Source: Ignavibacteria bacterium
GTDB lineage: Bacteria > Bacteroidota > Ignavibacteria > Tepidaquicellales > OLB5
Direction: 5' to 3'
NCBI GenBank assembly: GCA_030835085.1
Contig: JAUQWQ010000011.1
Location: 2,312 to 66,311, forward strand
Length of the DNA stretch: 64,000 nucleotides
The notes under the pieces are model-generated. The model had not been told where the DNA came from. It saw only the letters and a program-made list of their open reading frames with translations, and did not search any database. The position numbers were made by a program, and so were the translations under genes. Positions 1 to 10,045 of the stretch are shown in pieces; position 1 is the first letter of the stretch; each line of letters starts with the position of its first letter.

Positions 1-189
1 TTCTTTTATATACTAAACATTTTATATTCCTTTGGTGTTTCTATAGTATTTTTCTTACTTATCAGGAGCATAAAGAAGTGCCTGTAATTAACCTTTTTAC
101 GTTAGGTTTCTGTGATTTTGGTATATTGCTAACTTCCTAAAAAATCACTAATTTTCTATAAGTTTTTTCAAAAATTAAACAAAACACAA

Positions 190-1902
190 ATGAAATTCTT
201 CGCAGTACTACTTATTGCCATTTTTGCTTTGGCTAATGTTCAGGCACAGGAAAAATGGTCAACAACCAGAAAACCCGTTATGGGAAGTTACACTAAACTC
301 CCTTCTGAAACCAATTCATGGCAGAACACAAACAGGACAATCCAGGTTTACAATTTGAATAACATGGTTATTACAGTCGGCCCCAGCGTACGTGTTTTAC
401 CAACGGCAAACGCACAGCAGGATGAAATAATCCTTGTAAGGCATCCCCTGAATCAGAACATAATGTTTGGCGGAGCTAACACAACAGCCGGCGGCGTGTA
501 CGGCCAGGGCGGATATCTCACAACAGATGGCGGTGCAACATGGACAGGAAACAACCTGCTTTCACCGTTCACACAGTCATCAAGTGACCCGGGTCCAACA
601 ATTGATAAGAATGGTGTTATAATTTTCACAACATTAGATTCACCAGGAATGGTAGCGGCATATTCAACTAACAACGGCGTAAGCTGGTCAGGCAGAATAA
701 CTATACAATCCGGCAGTGTTGACAAGAATTTTGCAGCATCAGATGACGCTCCATCTAGTCCGTATTACGGCAGAAGCTATTGTGTATGGAGCAATTTTGC
801 AGCAGGACAGCCGCCGATAATGTGCGGTTATACTACAAACAGCGGTGTATCGTGGACCGGTGTAATGCAGGTGAACACACCTCTTTCCGGTCATTATTCC
901 CAGGGATGTGATGTTATGTGCGGACCAAACGGTGAAGTATACATCTGCTGGGCTGCTCCAACATCAGCATCACCTTACACAGAAGATTACTGCGGATTTG
1001 CAAAATCCACAAACGGCGGTACTTCATGGACAGTTTTAAATAACGCTTTTGATATGAACGGCATCCGTGCAACAACATTTAACGGCTGGAACTTCAGAGT
1101 TAACGGTTTCACAAGAATTGGTGTTGACAGATCAGGCGGACCCCGGAACGGATGGATATATGTAGTGGCTGCAGAAAAAAATCTGGCACCTGCAGGAACA
1201 GATGCAGACGTGATCTTACACAGTTCTTCTGATGGCGGTGCAACATGGTCAGCCGGTGTCAGGGTCAACCAGGATCCTTTGAACAACGGTAAAGTTCAGT
1301 TCTTCCCTGCTATCAGGGTTGATGAAAATGGCGGAGTTAATGTTTGTTATTATGATAACAGGAATTATCCATCAGTAGGCGACTCATGTGAAACATACAT
1401 GTCACGCTCAGTTGATGGCGGCGCAACATGGTCTGATGTAAAAGTAAGTGACCATGCATGGAAAGTAAAGGGAGAAGCAGGTTTAGGTACATACGGCGGC
1501 GACTATATTGGTATTTCTTCAGGTAACGGCAAGATATTCCCGTTCTGGTTTGATGATAAAACAGGTACAATGCAGGCATGGGTTGCAACTGTTACTCCTG
1601 ATCCTGTTGGAATAAGCGGAAATACCAACGAAATACCTCCATCATTTGAGCTGAACCAGAATTACCCCAATCCTTTTAACCCGAATACAACAATAGATTT
1701 TGCGCTGCCAAATGAGCAGAACGTAAAGCTTGAAGTATTTGATATGACGGGTAAAAGTGCGGGCATATTGGTAAACAGTGACTTAAAAGCAGGCACATAT
1801 AAATTTGATTTTAATGCTTCAGATCTTGCAAGCGGAATATATTTCTATAAACTCACAGCCGGCAGTTTTGTAAGCACAAAGAAAATGATACTAGTGAAGT
1901 AA
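190..1902 (+). CDS. Secreted BNR/Asp-box repeat (sialidase-like beta-propeller) protein with T9SS C-terminal sorting domain
   Basis: Signal peptide MKFFAVLLIAIFALANVQA. Six Asp-box motifs: TTDGGATW, STNNGVSW, TTNSGVSW, STNGGTSW, SSDGGATW, SVDGGATW. C-terminus NYPNPFNP...GIYFYKL...KKMILVK is typical of Por/T9SS CTDs. Confidence 0.8.
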   Translation: MKFFAVLLIAIFALANVQAQEKWSTTRKPVMGSYTKLPSETNSWQNTNRTIQVYNLNNMVITVGPSVRVLPTANAQQDEIILVRHPLNQNIMFGGANTTAGGVYGQGGYLTTDGGATWTGNNLLSPFTQSSSDPGPTIDKNGVIIFTTLDSPGMVAAYSTNNGVSWSGRITIQSGSVDKNFAASDDAPSSPYYGRSYCVWSNFAAGQPPIMCGYTTNSGVSWTGVMQVNTPLSGHYSQGCDVMCGPNGEVYICWAAPTSASPYTEDYCGFAKSTNGGTSWTVLNNAFDMNGIRATTFNGWNFRVNGFTRIGVDRSGGPRNGWIYVVAAEKNLAPAGTDADVILHSSSDGGATWSAGVRVNQDPLNNGKVQFFPAIRVDENGGVNVCYYDNRNYPSVGDSCETYMSRSVDGGATWSDVKVSDHAWKVKGEAGLGTYGGDYIGISSGNGKIFPFWFDDKTGTMQAWVATVTPDPVGISGNTNEIPPSFELNQNYPNPFNPNTTIDFALPNEQNVKLEVFDMTGKSAGILVNSDLKAGTYKFDFNASDLASGIYFYKLTAGSFVSTKKMILVK

Positions 1903-1954
1903 GATTTACTTAATTTGTTGGTGATAATACCGGCAAAGAGGAGTTGATAAATTT

Positions 1955-1984
1955 AAAAGCCCCGCTCATTGAGCGGGGCTTTTT
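1955..1984. terminator. Bidirectional intrinsic terminator between convergent genes
   Basis: 10-bp stem agccccgctc/gagcggggct with a 3-nt loop, flanked by an A-run and a T-run. Confidence 0.7.
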
Positions 1985-2050
1985 GGTGTACTTTATTTTT
2001 TTTAAACTTGTAAATTTGAACACAGGCAGGAAAGCTTGTGTTACCAGTTA

Positions 2051-2374
2051 TCAAATACCCATACTGGCAAGCATTGCAGAAATATTATTTACTTTTTCAA
2101 ACAGCTTAGGATGTGAAACCTCAAATTCCGTTACAGAATCCCTCAGGTCATTCAATGCGCTTTCAATCAGGTCGGGGTCTTTTTCTTCCCTGGTAATTTC
2201 TTCCGTTGTACGCTTAACATTCGATGAAATATTTTTCATCTCCTCCGGTTTACCTGCAGCTCCCATTTCACTTTCAAGTTCATCAAGCAAACCCAGAAGT
2301 TCATTTTTCTTTTCTTCACTTATTGCGCTATCGGCTGCGAGCTTATTCTTTATTTCCTGCAAAGTTTCTTTCAT
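2051..2374 (-). CDS. DUF4404-like small acidic coiled-coil protein
   Basis: 107 aa. C-terminal FEVSHPKLFEKVNNISAMLASMGI matches the conserved FE-x-SHP...L..MGI end recalled for DUF4404. The overlapping plus-strand ORF 1944..2429 is low-complexity antisense. Confidence 0.7.
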   Translation of the reverse strand: MKETLQEIKNKLAADSAISEEKKNELLGLLDELESEMGAAGKPEEMKNISSNVKRTTEEITREEKDPDLIESALNDLRDSVTEFEVSHPKLFEKVNNISAMLASMGI

Positions 2375-2432
2375 TTTAGAATGTGTTTTAGTTTATTTTA
2401 CAAATATACACTTTTATAGCACAGAATGACAA

Positions 2433-2461
2433 TAAAAAAAAAGACGTCCGGAGGGACGTCT
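2433..2461 (-). terminator. Intrinsic terminator downstream of asnA
   Basis: 8-bp stem agacgtcc/ggacgtct with loop ggag. The A9 run on the plus strand gives a T-run after the hairpin on the minus strand. Confidence 0.7.
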
Positions 2462-2489
2462 TTAAAAACAAAATTGATACAAATTTCTG

Positions 2490-3617
2490 TTATTCTAATA
2501 CATGAATATTTTTTTCAGCGCATATTTCTTTCAGCGGTTTTGGCCATATAGTCACGCTAACTTCACCTAAATGAGCTTTCCTTAACAGAAGCATCTGCAG
2601 TCTTGATTGCCCGATGCCGCCGCCAACGCTTAACGGTACTTCATTCTGCAAAACTGCACTGTGGTACGGTGTTGAAACCAGGTCAAGCTGGTTTGAAAGC
2701 TTTAACTGCTCTCTGAGTGTTTCAGCGTTAACCCTTATACCCATTGATGAGAGTTCATGTCTGCGTTTAGTTAAATGGTTCCATACAAGTATATCACCAT
2801 TTAAGCCGTGATATGTTTCACCGTTCTTTGTAACAGTTGGTGTTACCCAGTCATCATAATCAGCAGCGCGCATTTCATGTGGGTAACCGTCTTTTAATAC
2901 CCAGCCGATACCTATTATGAATACAGCAGGGTATTTCTGAAGTATCTGTGTTTCCCTCTGTTTCCTCGGAAGGTCGGGGAACATTTCAAGAATTTCTTCT
3001 GCATGTAAAAATACAAGCTCTTCCGGTAAATTCGGGAATCTTGGATCTTTAAGCTGCGGGAACATTTCCTGAACATATTTTTCTGCGCCTACGAATACTT
3101 TCCAGATACCTTTTACGATCATTTTCAGAAAATCGAGATTGCGGTCTTTAGCAGTAATCACTCTTTCCCAATCCCACTGGTCAACATAGCTGGAGTGGTC
3201 ATGATCAAGGAAGTAATCTTTCCTGACAGCTCTCATATCGGTATTCAGGCCTTCGCCGGGCTCCATACCGAATTGTTTTAAGGCAACTCTTTTCCATTTT
3301 GTAGCTGCCTGTACAACCTGTGCTTCCATTCTCTTCGGAAGTCCGAGTCCGCAGGGGAATTCAACCGGGGTTCTTGAGCCATCACGGTCAAGATTATCAT
3401 TTACACCGCTTTCCTTATCAACTATCAGCGGAACCTGTACCATCATTAAATTAAGTTCTTTGCATAAGTTCTCTTCAATATAGCTCTTTACGGCATATAT
3501 GGCTTTCTGTGTGTCCTTCTTGTTCAGTATAGATGAGTAGTTTTCGGGAAGTATTTTTGATACTTCGGGGTAAGTGCTGATACCTGGACCTGCTAGATCC
3601 GCTTTTTTATCTGACAT
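2490..3617 (-). CDS. asnA: Aspartate--ammonia ligase (asparagine synthetase A)
   Basis: Collinear with E. coli AsnA motifs: DQWDWERVI, GLNGDILVWN, ELSSMGIRV, GGGIGQSRLQMLLL. Confidence 0.9.
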   Translation of the reverse strand: MSDKKADLAGPGISTYPEVSKILPENYSSILNKKDTQKAIYAVKSYIEENLCKELNLMMVQVPLIVDKESGVNDNLDRDGSRTPVEFPCGLGLPKRMEAQVVQAATKWKRVALKQFGMEPGEGLNTDMRAVRKDYFLDHDHSSYVDQWDWERVITAKDRNLDFLKMIVKGIWKVFVGAEKYVQEMFPQLKDPRFPNLPEELVFLHAEEILEMFPDLPRKQRETQILQKYPAVFIIGIGWVLKDGYPHEMRAADYDDWVTPTVTKNGETYHGLNGDILVWNHLTKRRHELSSMGIRVNAETLREQLKLSNQLDLVSTPYHSAVLQNEVPLSVGGGIGQSRLQMLLLRKAHLGEVSVTIWPKPLKEICAEKNIHVLE

Positions 3618-3725
3618 TGTTAATTCTCCGTTATATTATGTTAAAAAGTAACAAAACAATTTACCTATTTACACAAAATTATCTGTTTTACAGAATTTTA
3701 ACTATGATATGGGTCAACCGGAGAA

Positions 3726-3739
3726 ATGATATAAGTCAT
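3726..3739 (-). promoter_or_regulatory. CRP/FNR-like palindrome upstream of asnA
   Basis: Minus-strand ATGACTTATATCAT (TGA-N6-TCA core), 109 nt before the asnA ATG. Same pattern as the sites at 40013, 50384, 53514 and 57873. Confidence 0.4.
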
Positions 3740-3808
3740 AAAAATACCCGTCTTTTAACCGGTTTTATCCGGTTAATTAACGGGTAAAAAAAACGGGTAT
3801 TTATTCGC

Positions 3809-4558
3809 TTATACAGCAGTTAATTCTTCACTGTAGTAGTTCATAGCCAGTTTCTCTTTCAGCAGTTCGATATGTTCGGCTATCAAAGAGGTTATTTCCT
3901 GAGATGAGAGCTTATCGGTATTTATCACCATATCATAATGGTGCGGATCGTTCAGGTCAACACCAAATAGCTTTTTAACATAATCATGCCGTTCCTGGTC
4001 CTCTTTTTTGATGTATTCCTCTGCCTGCTTAAGGTTCAATGAATACTCATCAACCATGTGTTTTACTCTCTTCTGCATTGAGCCTATCAGCCTTACATGC
4101 AGCCCGTTCGGGTGATGTCTAGTGATATAAAATGACCCCCTGCCAACAATAATAACATTGCCCATATCGGCAAGCTTGATAATTGATTTACTGATATTAT
4201 GAGCCATTTCGCGTTTTGTGGGATGCATCCCGAAAAGCTCTTCAAACATCGTCTGAATATCTGAGAACTTCCTTTCAGGAAGCAAGCCCTGCATTCTGCC
4301 CAGGTTATAATCTTCCACAACACGTTTTACAAGATCTTTATCGTACAGTGTCCACGGACACTCGCCCGGTAACTGGCCAGAGGCAAGCTCATCGAGCAGG
4401 CTGTGCGTAATTGCTGTTTCGCCGGTTCCGGCTTCTCTTGAAATTGTGATAAAGGGCAGTAATCTCGGATGGAATCCCTCACTCCTGGTGAGCTCATTGC
4501 GTTTTAACTGGCAGAAAAGGTATGATTTGCTTAGATCAACAAACTTGTTGTATTCCAT
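3809..4558 (-). CDS. Cytidylate kinase-like family P-loop protein
   Basis: 249 aa. N-terminal ITISREAGTGETAI P-loop-like segment and overall layout resemble the cytidylate-kinase-like (Cytidylate_kin2) family. No catalytic assignment is possible. Confidence 0.55.
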   Translation of the reverse strand: MEYNKFVDLSKSYLFCQLKRNELTRSEGFHPRLLPFITISREAGTGETAITHSLLDELASGQLPGECPWTLYDKDLVKRVVEDYNLGRMQGLLPERKFSDIQTMFEELFGMHPTKREMAHNISKSIIKLADMGNVIIVGRGSFYITRHHPNGLHVRLIGSMQKRVKHMVDEYSLNLKQAEEYIKKEDQERHDYVKKLFGVDLNDPHHYDMVINTDKLSSQEITSLIAEHIELLKEKLAMNYYSEELTAV

Positions 4559-4728
4559 TACACTCTACCTCCTTTTCAGTAGGTTGGCGTTATTTTTATT
4601 CAGAAAGCAAGCTGAGACACTTTACCTTCTAAACAAATATAATACAGCAAACAAGCTTTACCAATGATTGTTATCAGGCGGGGTAGTGATATATATCCTT
4701 TAGCAGGATTTAAAGAATTCCCGGAGAG

Positions 4729-6930
4729 TCAAAAGAATATCTTCTTTGCTCTTGATATTTCTTCATGCAGCAAACGGTAGTTTTCGGGGAATTTATCTTC
4801 AGTGAAAATCTTAAGCGCATCATCAAATGAAGCGATCGCTTTGTGGTAATTTTCGGTTTTATCTTCGTAGCCTGAAAGGCTAAGGTAGGCTTTGCCAAGC
4901 CCGAATTTACACTCCGCAAACTGGATAGGATATTTATTTTCAGTGCGTATCTTTATTGATTCCTCAAAAGCATCAATAGCCCGGTATAGAGGTTCGGCAT
5001 TGTTGTCAAGCTCGCTTTTCACAAGGTAAACGTCTCCAAGATTGAACATTGTATTTGCATACTGAACAGGGACCTGTTCAGGCTTCCTTACTTCAAGCGC
5101 TTCTTCAAAAGCGTTTATAGCTTTATCAAGATTTTGTTTTTTATCCTTTATCAACGCAAGCATTGAATATGCATTACCGATATTATTTTTCGTAAGCCCG
5201 TACTGCAGCGGCGCTTTTTCTTTAGATTGCAGCGCAAGCACATCGTTATATGCTTCTATGGAGCGCTTCAGGTTATTTTCAGCATCTTCAATTTCCGAAA
5301 GCCTTGCATAAGTATTCGCAATATTGTTCTTTGTAAGAGCGTAGAGTTTCGGGCTCTCCTTAATTATTTCTACCATAAGTGCTTCTTCAAATGAAGAAAT
5401 TGCCTTCTTATAATTAGCGGTTCTGTCTTTTACTTCAGCCAGTATAAGATATGCGCCACCAAGATTATTATGTGCCCTTGCATATTCCTGAGGATAAGCC
5501 CTTTTGCTGAATACTTTTAACGCTTCGTTGTAAGCATTTATGGCAATCAGACAATTTTCTTCACGTGATTCTACTTCAGCAAACGCAGTATAAGTGTTGC
5601 CAATCCTGTTCTTAATTCTCGCGTATTCAACCGGGTGGGTTTCTATACTTATTGTTTTTAAAATTTCAGTAAAATATTCAATTGATTTCGCGCAGTTTGC
5701 AAGTGTATCCTGCACTTTTGAAAGCGACCAGTATGACTGTCCAAGGTAATTTTCTGCTTTGAAATATTCTGTATGCTGATTTTCTTTATCTATCAATACA
5801 AGTACTTTTTCAAATGCACCAATAGCAATTTTCATATAATCGCCAATTTGCGTATCAACTATACCTATATCATAAGCCCTTTCGCCCAGCATCTGCAATA
5901 CTTCCGCGTTTTCAGTAAATACTTCGGCCATACTTTCAAAAATATCCGTCTGCTGTAGCTCAACCTCGGGTTTAACTACAGATTCAAGGTATGCATCTTC
6001 AGCCCAGATCTTATTCCTCCGGGCAATCTTAACAAACTCTTTATCTTCCAGGTTTTTTATCCAGCCGGTCCATTCAAAATCCCTGCCCTCAAGCTCAAAC
6101 ATGCCTGCCGCTTTTTTTATCCATTCAAGTCTGAATATGCTGTTCTCTTCATATATCCCGCTTTTGTACAGATTACGCAATGAGCGCAGAATTGTTTTTT
6201 CTATGTTGTCACAATTATCAAAGCGTCTTTCCATTTCGCTGAGCCGCATAAAAATTGAGCCTATTGTACCGTTGAATTTCACCGTGTCCCATTTCATACC
6301 CAGCTTTTCGGATACGAGCTTTCCTTCCTCGGCAGAGATCTTTTCCATCTCTATTATATCTTCGCCAAAGATGATATCAAGATCAAGGTTCTGCTCAACC
6401 ATTTTGTTTTTTACTTTTTTAAACTCCCTGCCTGAGTGGCAGGTAGCCACTATCGGTATTCCTCTTTCTTTAGCTTCGCGGAAAAGAAGGTAGAAGCTAT
6501 CCTGCCTTTCGATGTAATACTGCAGGTCATCAATAAATATCATTTGCGGTTTCCAGAAAATAAAATCTTTCGGGAACTGAAAGTTCTGAACAGGAACGCT
6601 TCTGGGAACAAGCAGGTGTACGGGTGTTTTCAGCTGTTTTAACGCATTAAAGAAAGAGCGCGTTTTGCCGCTTAGCGGCGGACCGACAATGATAATATTA
6701 CGTCTGCGCTCAAGTGAACGCTGGATCTGGTTATCGATATTGCGGGTATAATAATAATCTTCATATGGGCGCTCACCAAGAAGCTCCCTGGCTTTCAGCT
6801 TGCTGCTGTTTTTCCAGATAACGGAATAATAATTTTTATACTCTTTCCTGAGCTTTAGTATGTAACCTGCGGCGGGAGCCGCAATGGTTGCAATTATCCC
6901 CAGAATAGTTAATAAAATTGTGAGATCCAT
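4729..6930 (-). CDS. Membrane-anchored P-loop NTPase fused to a long TPR array (STAND-like)
   Basis: N-terminal hydrophobic helix MDLTILLTILGIIATIAAPAAGYIL. Walker A GPPLSGKT, Walker B MIFIDDLQ. The C-terminal half holds about 7-8 repeats of ~42-45 aa with the recurring pattern NN(I/L)GN(A/T)Y...AI..(F/Y)(E/N)(E/D)AL. Confidence 0.7.
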   Translation of the reverse strand: MDLTILLTILGIIATIAAPAAGYILKLRKEYKNYYSVIWKNSSKLKARELLGERPYEDYYYTRNIDNQIQRSLERRRNIIIVGPPLSGKTRSFFNALKQLKTPVHLLVPRSVPVQNFQFPKDFIFWKPQMIFIDDLQYYIERQDSFYLLFREAKERGIPIVATCHSGREFKKVKNKMVEQNLDLDIIFGEDIIEMEKISAEEGKLVSEKLGMKWDTVKFNGTIGSIFMRLSEMERRFDNCDNIEKTILRSLRNLYKSGIYEENSIFRLEWIKKAAGMFELEGRDFEWTGWIKNLEDKEFVKIARRNKIWAEDAYLESVVKPEVELQQTDIFESMAEVFTENAEVLQMLGERAYDIGIVDTQIGDYMKIAIGAFEKVLVLIDKENQHTEYFKAENYLGQSYWSLSKVQDTLANCAKSIEYFTEILKTISIETHPVEYARIKNRIGNTYTAFAEVESREENCLIAINAYNEALKVFSKRAYPQEYARAHNNLGGAYLILAEVKDRTANYKKAISSFEEALMVEIIKESPKLYALTKNNIANTYARLSEIEDAENNLKRSIEAYNDVLALQSKEKAPLQYGLTKNNIGNAYSMLALIKDKKQNLDKAINAFEEALEVRKPEQVPVQYANTMFNLGDVYLVKSELDNNAEPLYRAIDAFEESIKIRTENKYPIQFAECKFGLGKAYLSLSGYEDKTENYHKAIASFDDALKIFTEDKFPENYRLLHEEISRAKKIFF

Positions 6931-6959
6931 TTAACCGGTCATTAAAGAAGCAGGAAATA

Positions 6960-7817
6960 TTATTTTGTTTTTCTAACCTTTTTGTAATTCACGCCGCGTT
7001 TCTGGTTGAACGCGCTTATACCTTCTTTTACTTCACCGCTCAGGTTGTGTAAAGAGAGCCAGTCACGTGCATGACCGATAGTAGTATGCCATGAAAGATC
7101 TCGCCAGAAATTAAGCTGCTGCTTTGTGTACCTTAAACACTCAGGCAGCTTGTTGTATAGCTTCTTAGCCATCAGGTCAACGGCTTCATCAAGTTTTTCG
7201 TAAGGTACGACCTGGTTAACAAGTCCCCACTCAAGCGCTTTTGCTGCGGGAATTTCTTCGCAGAGGAATAATATTTCACGGGCTCTTCTATCACCAACCA
7301 TAATGGGTAAAAATTGAGTTGCCCCTGCGGCAGCTACGCTGCCTCTTGCCGCACCAACCTGCCTTATGTAGATATGATCAGAAGCTATGGCAAGGTCGCA
7401 GCTGATATTAAGCTCATTGCCGCCGCCTACAACGATACCGTTGAGTCTTGCAATGGTTGGCTTGCCAACATTGCGCATCACTTCATGGAGCTGAATGAAT
7501 TCATACATCCATTTATAATAATCGTTCGGATTGCCGAGGAAATATTCCTGCTGTTCGTTTAGGTCAGCTCCGGTTGAAAATGCCTGTTTGCCGGCGCCGG
7601 TTAAAATAATTACAGCAATATTATCATCCCACGATGCATCCTTAAATGCAGCGGTAAGCTCATGTATAGTTGTTAGGTCAAGGCAGTTTAATACTTTTAC
7701 CCTGTTAATGGTAATTGTTGCCTTATAGCCCTCTTTTTTGTAGATTATGTGTTTAAACTTAAAACTTTTGGGCGATTTCCCGGAATAAATATTCTTCTTT
7801 TTCTGCATCTTTGGCAT
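6960..7817 (-). CDS. Enoyl-CoA hydratase/isomerase (crotonase) superfamily protein, MenB-like
   Basis: Crotonase motifs ILTGAGKQAFSTGADL and GIVVGGGNEL. C-terminal EGISAFNQKR resembles the MenB/BadI subgroup. Substrate not inferable. Confidence 0.75.
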   Translation of the reverse strand: MPKMQKKKNIYSGKSPKSFKFKHIIYKKEGYKATITINRVKVLNCLDLTTIHELTAAFKDASWDDNIAVIILTGAGKQAFSTGADLNEQQEYFLGNPNDYYKWMYEFIQLHEVMRNVGKPTIARLNGIVVGGGNELNISCDLAIASDHIYIRQVGAARGSVAAAGATQFLPIMVGDRRAREILFLCEEIPAAKALEWGLVNQVVPYEKLDEAVDLMAKKLYNKLPECLRYTKQQLNFWRDLSWHTTIGHARDWLSLHNLSGEVKEGISAFNQKRGVNYKKVRKTK

Positions 7818-7937
7818 ATTAATGTGTTAATTTTCTGCAAATTATTCAATAATGATTTCACATACAATGTAAATTAATTATAAAATTTCATTTTTTTAAT
7901 TTTATTCTTATATTAATCACAGCCCCATTCTTTATTT

Positions 7938-9068
7938 ATGGATTATTATATCAATACAATAATTTTTTCTTCGGGCGTTATACAAGGCATTCTTCTGGTT
8001 ATCGTGCTTCTAAAGAAGCGTTCCAACCTGTTTCCTAACATTTTTCTGGGGATTTTTATCGGTGTGGTTACTCTCCAGGTTTTTATAAAACTCCAGGGTT
8101 CCAGTTTCCAATCGAACTTCATGAGCCCTGTTTACTTCATTCTGTATTATCTGCCGTACCTGTATGGTCCCCTTGTATATCTTTATATCAAAAAAAGCGT
8201 AAGCGAACAATTTGATCTGAATCTGAAAATGGTTCTGCACTTGATACCGTTTATTATCTCTATTCTTATTGTGTTAATCTCGGGATACAAAATCATTGAT
8301 CTATTTGATTTCATAAACATTGACGCTTATAACATTCTGGATACTGCCTTTCAGATCATTATTTTAAGTGCGTATATAATAGCTGGTAAAAAATTGTTAA
8401 GCAGTAAAACCAGTAAGGCAAAAACAAATATAGGCTCATTTGATCCGGTAAAGTGGTTTAATAACTTCACCAATGTAGTTTGGATAACCGGTATTTCGTT
8501 GATAATTTTGTTTACTCTTGTATTTTACAATGTTGAGTTTATGAGCATAAAATTCGATAACTCAAGCATTGCATTTTTGCTTCTGCCACTGATGATCTAC
8601 TGGATCAGCTATAACGCCTTAGTAAACCCCGAGTTGTTTATAAACAGAAATACTGCAGCAATAGCCCGGCCGAGGGAAACAAAGTTCATAAAATATCAGA
8701 AAAACCAATTAACTGATGATGAAATTGAGAATATCATTGTTAAGCTAAATGCATTTATAGTTGGCGAAAAGGGGTATATGAATCCTGAATTAACACTTGA
8801 TGTATTATCAAAAACTGTGAACATTCCAAGGCACCACATTTCACAGGCGATCAACCTGCGGCTGAATATTAATTTTAATGACTATATTAATTTACAGCGA
8901 TTGGAAAATGTGAAGAAAGAATTACTGAATCCCTCTAAACAGCACTATACTATTGCTGCTATAGCATTTGAGTCAGGCTTTAATTCTATCTCCACTTTCA
9001 ACGAAGCATTCAGGAAAAATACTTCAATGACACCATCTGAGTATAAAAAAAGCAGGTTAAACAAATAA
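7938..9068 (+). CDS. Membrane-bound AraC-family transcriptional regulator
   Basis: The N-terminal ~230 aa contain several hydrophobic helices. The C-terminal HTH_18-type region reads HHISQAINLRLNINFNDYINLQRL...FESGFNSISTFNEAFRKNTSMTPSEYKK. Confidence 0.8.
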   Translation: MDYYINTIIFSSGVIQGILLVIVLLKKRSNLFPNIFLGIFIGVVTLQVFIKLQGSSFQSNFMSPVYFILYYLPYLYGPLVYLYIKKSVSEQFDLNLKMVLHLIPFIISILIVLISGYKIIDLFDFINIDAYNILDTAFQIIILSAYIIAGKKLLSSKTSKAKTNIGSFDPVKWFNNFTNVVWITGISLIILFTLVFYNVEFMSIKFDNSSIAFLLLPLMIYWISYNALVNPELFINRNTAAIARPRETKFIKYQKNQLTDDEIENIIVKLNAFIVGEKGYMNPELTLDVLSKTVNIPRHHISQAINLRLNINFNDYINLQRLENVKKELLNPSKQHYTIAAIAFESGFNSISTFNEAFRKNTSMTPSEYKKSRLNK

Positions 9069-9180
9069 AATGATAATATTCTGTTACGGAATTATAAGAT
9101 CGTAAGACAAAAGCGTATTATTCATATATATTTGTATAAATAACAATATACCGCCCTCCTAACTTAATTTTTCCGAAAAT

Positions 9181-9960
9181 ATGAAAATTCCGGTAAAATT
9201 CACTAAATTTCTACAATTCATTCTGCTGATTGGAAGTCTGGCTTCATGTTCTAATAATGATACACCGGTTACGACTGTTCCTCCTCCGGAACCGATTCCA
9301 TATCCATATGTAAGCGACCATTTTACATTCTATTATACTTCTTATGACAGCCTATACATGCTTGAAATAGCCGATTCGGTAGAGAACAATTATAACAGAA
9401 TACTGAGCGATCTGCTGACGGATTCTGTTTCTAAAACAATTGTACATTTTTACTCAACTCATGAAGAACTGGCAAACGCTGTAAGATATATTGTTCCAAA
9501 CCTGCCGGTTTGGGCAATAGGACTATCTACAGCAAAAGATACAATTCATATGATGGCTCCCAAACATCCCGAGCAAAATTATGATTTCATGTTAATAGTT
9601 TTAATTCACGAATTTACACATTGTGTTACATTAAATATAAATCCTAATTTCGGTAATAATCCGCGCTGGCTGTGGGAATCAATTGCCCTATATGAAGCAG
9701 GGCAGTTCATTCATCCAAACCAGCTTCCTTACATGGTAAATCATAATCCTCCAACTTTGAGCCAGCTCAATAACTTTAACAATACGCAGATCTATGAAGT
9801 GGGCTACCTGCTTGCAGAATACATAGTTCTGAATTGGGACAGGCAGCACTTAAAAGACATGATATTAAGCAACGGCAATACTCTGCAGACTCTTGGAGTT
9901 ACATTCCTGGAATTTCAAAATAACTGGTTTGAATTTGTAAAGAACAGATATAATATTTAA
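9181..9960 (+). CDS. Lipoprotein with HExxH zinc-metallopeptidase-like motif
   Basis: Lipobox LIGSLASCS. VLIHEFTHCV (HExxH) is followed by WESIALYEA, a possible third-ligand Glu. No further family assignment. Confidence 0.5.
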   Translation: MKIPVKFTKFLQFILLIGSLASCSNNDTPVTTVPPPEPIPYPYVSDHFTFYYTSYDSLYMLEIADSVENNYNRILSDLLTDSVSKTIVHFYSTHEELANAVRYIVPNLPVWAIGLSTAKDTIHMMAPKHPEQNYDFMLIVLIHEFTHCVTLNINPNFGNNPRWLWESIALYEAGQFIHPNQLPYMVNHNPPTLSQLNNFNNTQIYEVGYLLAEYIVLNWDRQHLKDMILSNGNTLQTLGVTFLEFQNNWFEFVKNRYNI

Positions 9961-10045
9961 TTGTTATTCAGAGTTATTGTGAAAACGCTCCACATTTCTG
10001 ATTTCATTGCATATATAGAAACATACTGCTAAGTTTGTGCTTAAT

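Noticed and set aside
1944-2429. 161-aa plus-strand ORF from the track.
   Set aside because: It is antisense to the DUF4404-like gene, Ser/Phe/Leu-rich and low in complexity. It starts inside a terminator hairpin and has no recognisable motif. The same reasoning applies to the other ORFs nested antisense in well-supported genes, such as 453..725, 987..1286, 28678..29286, 33208..35440, 41002..42878 and 56342..56827.
6960-7817. Calling the crotonase-family gene menB (naphthoate synthase).
   Set aside because: Similarity to MenB is only general to the crotonase fold plus a similar C-terminal helix. No other men genes are adjacent. A family-level call only is justified.
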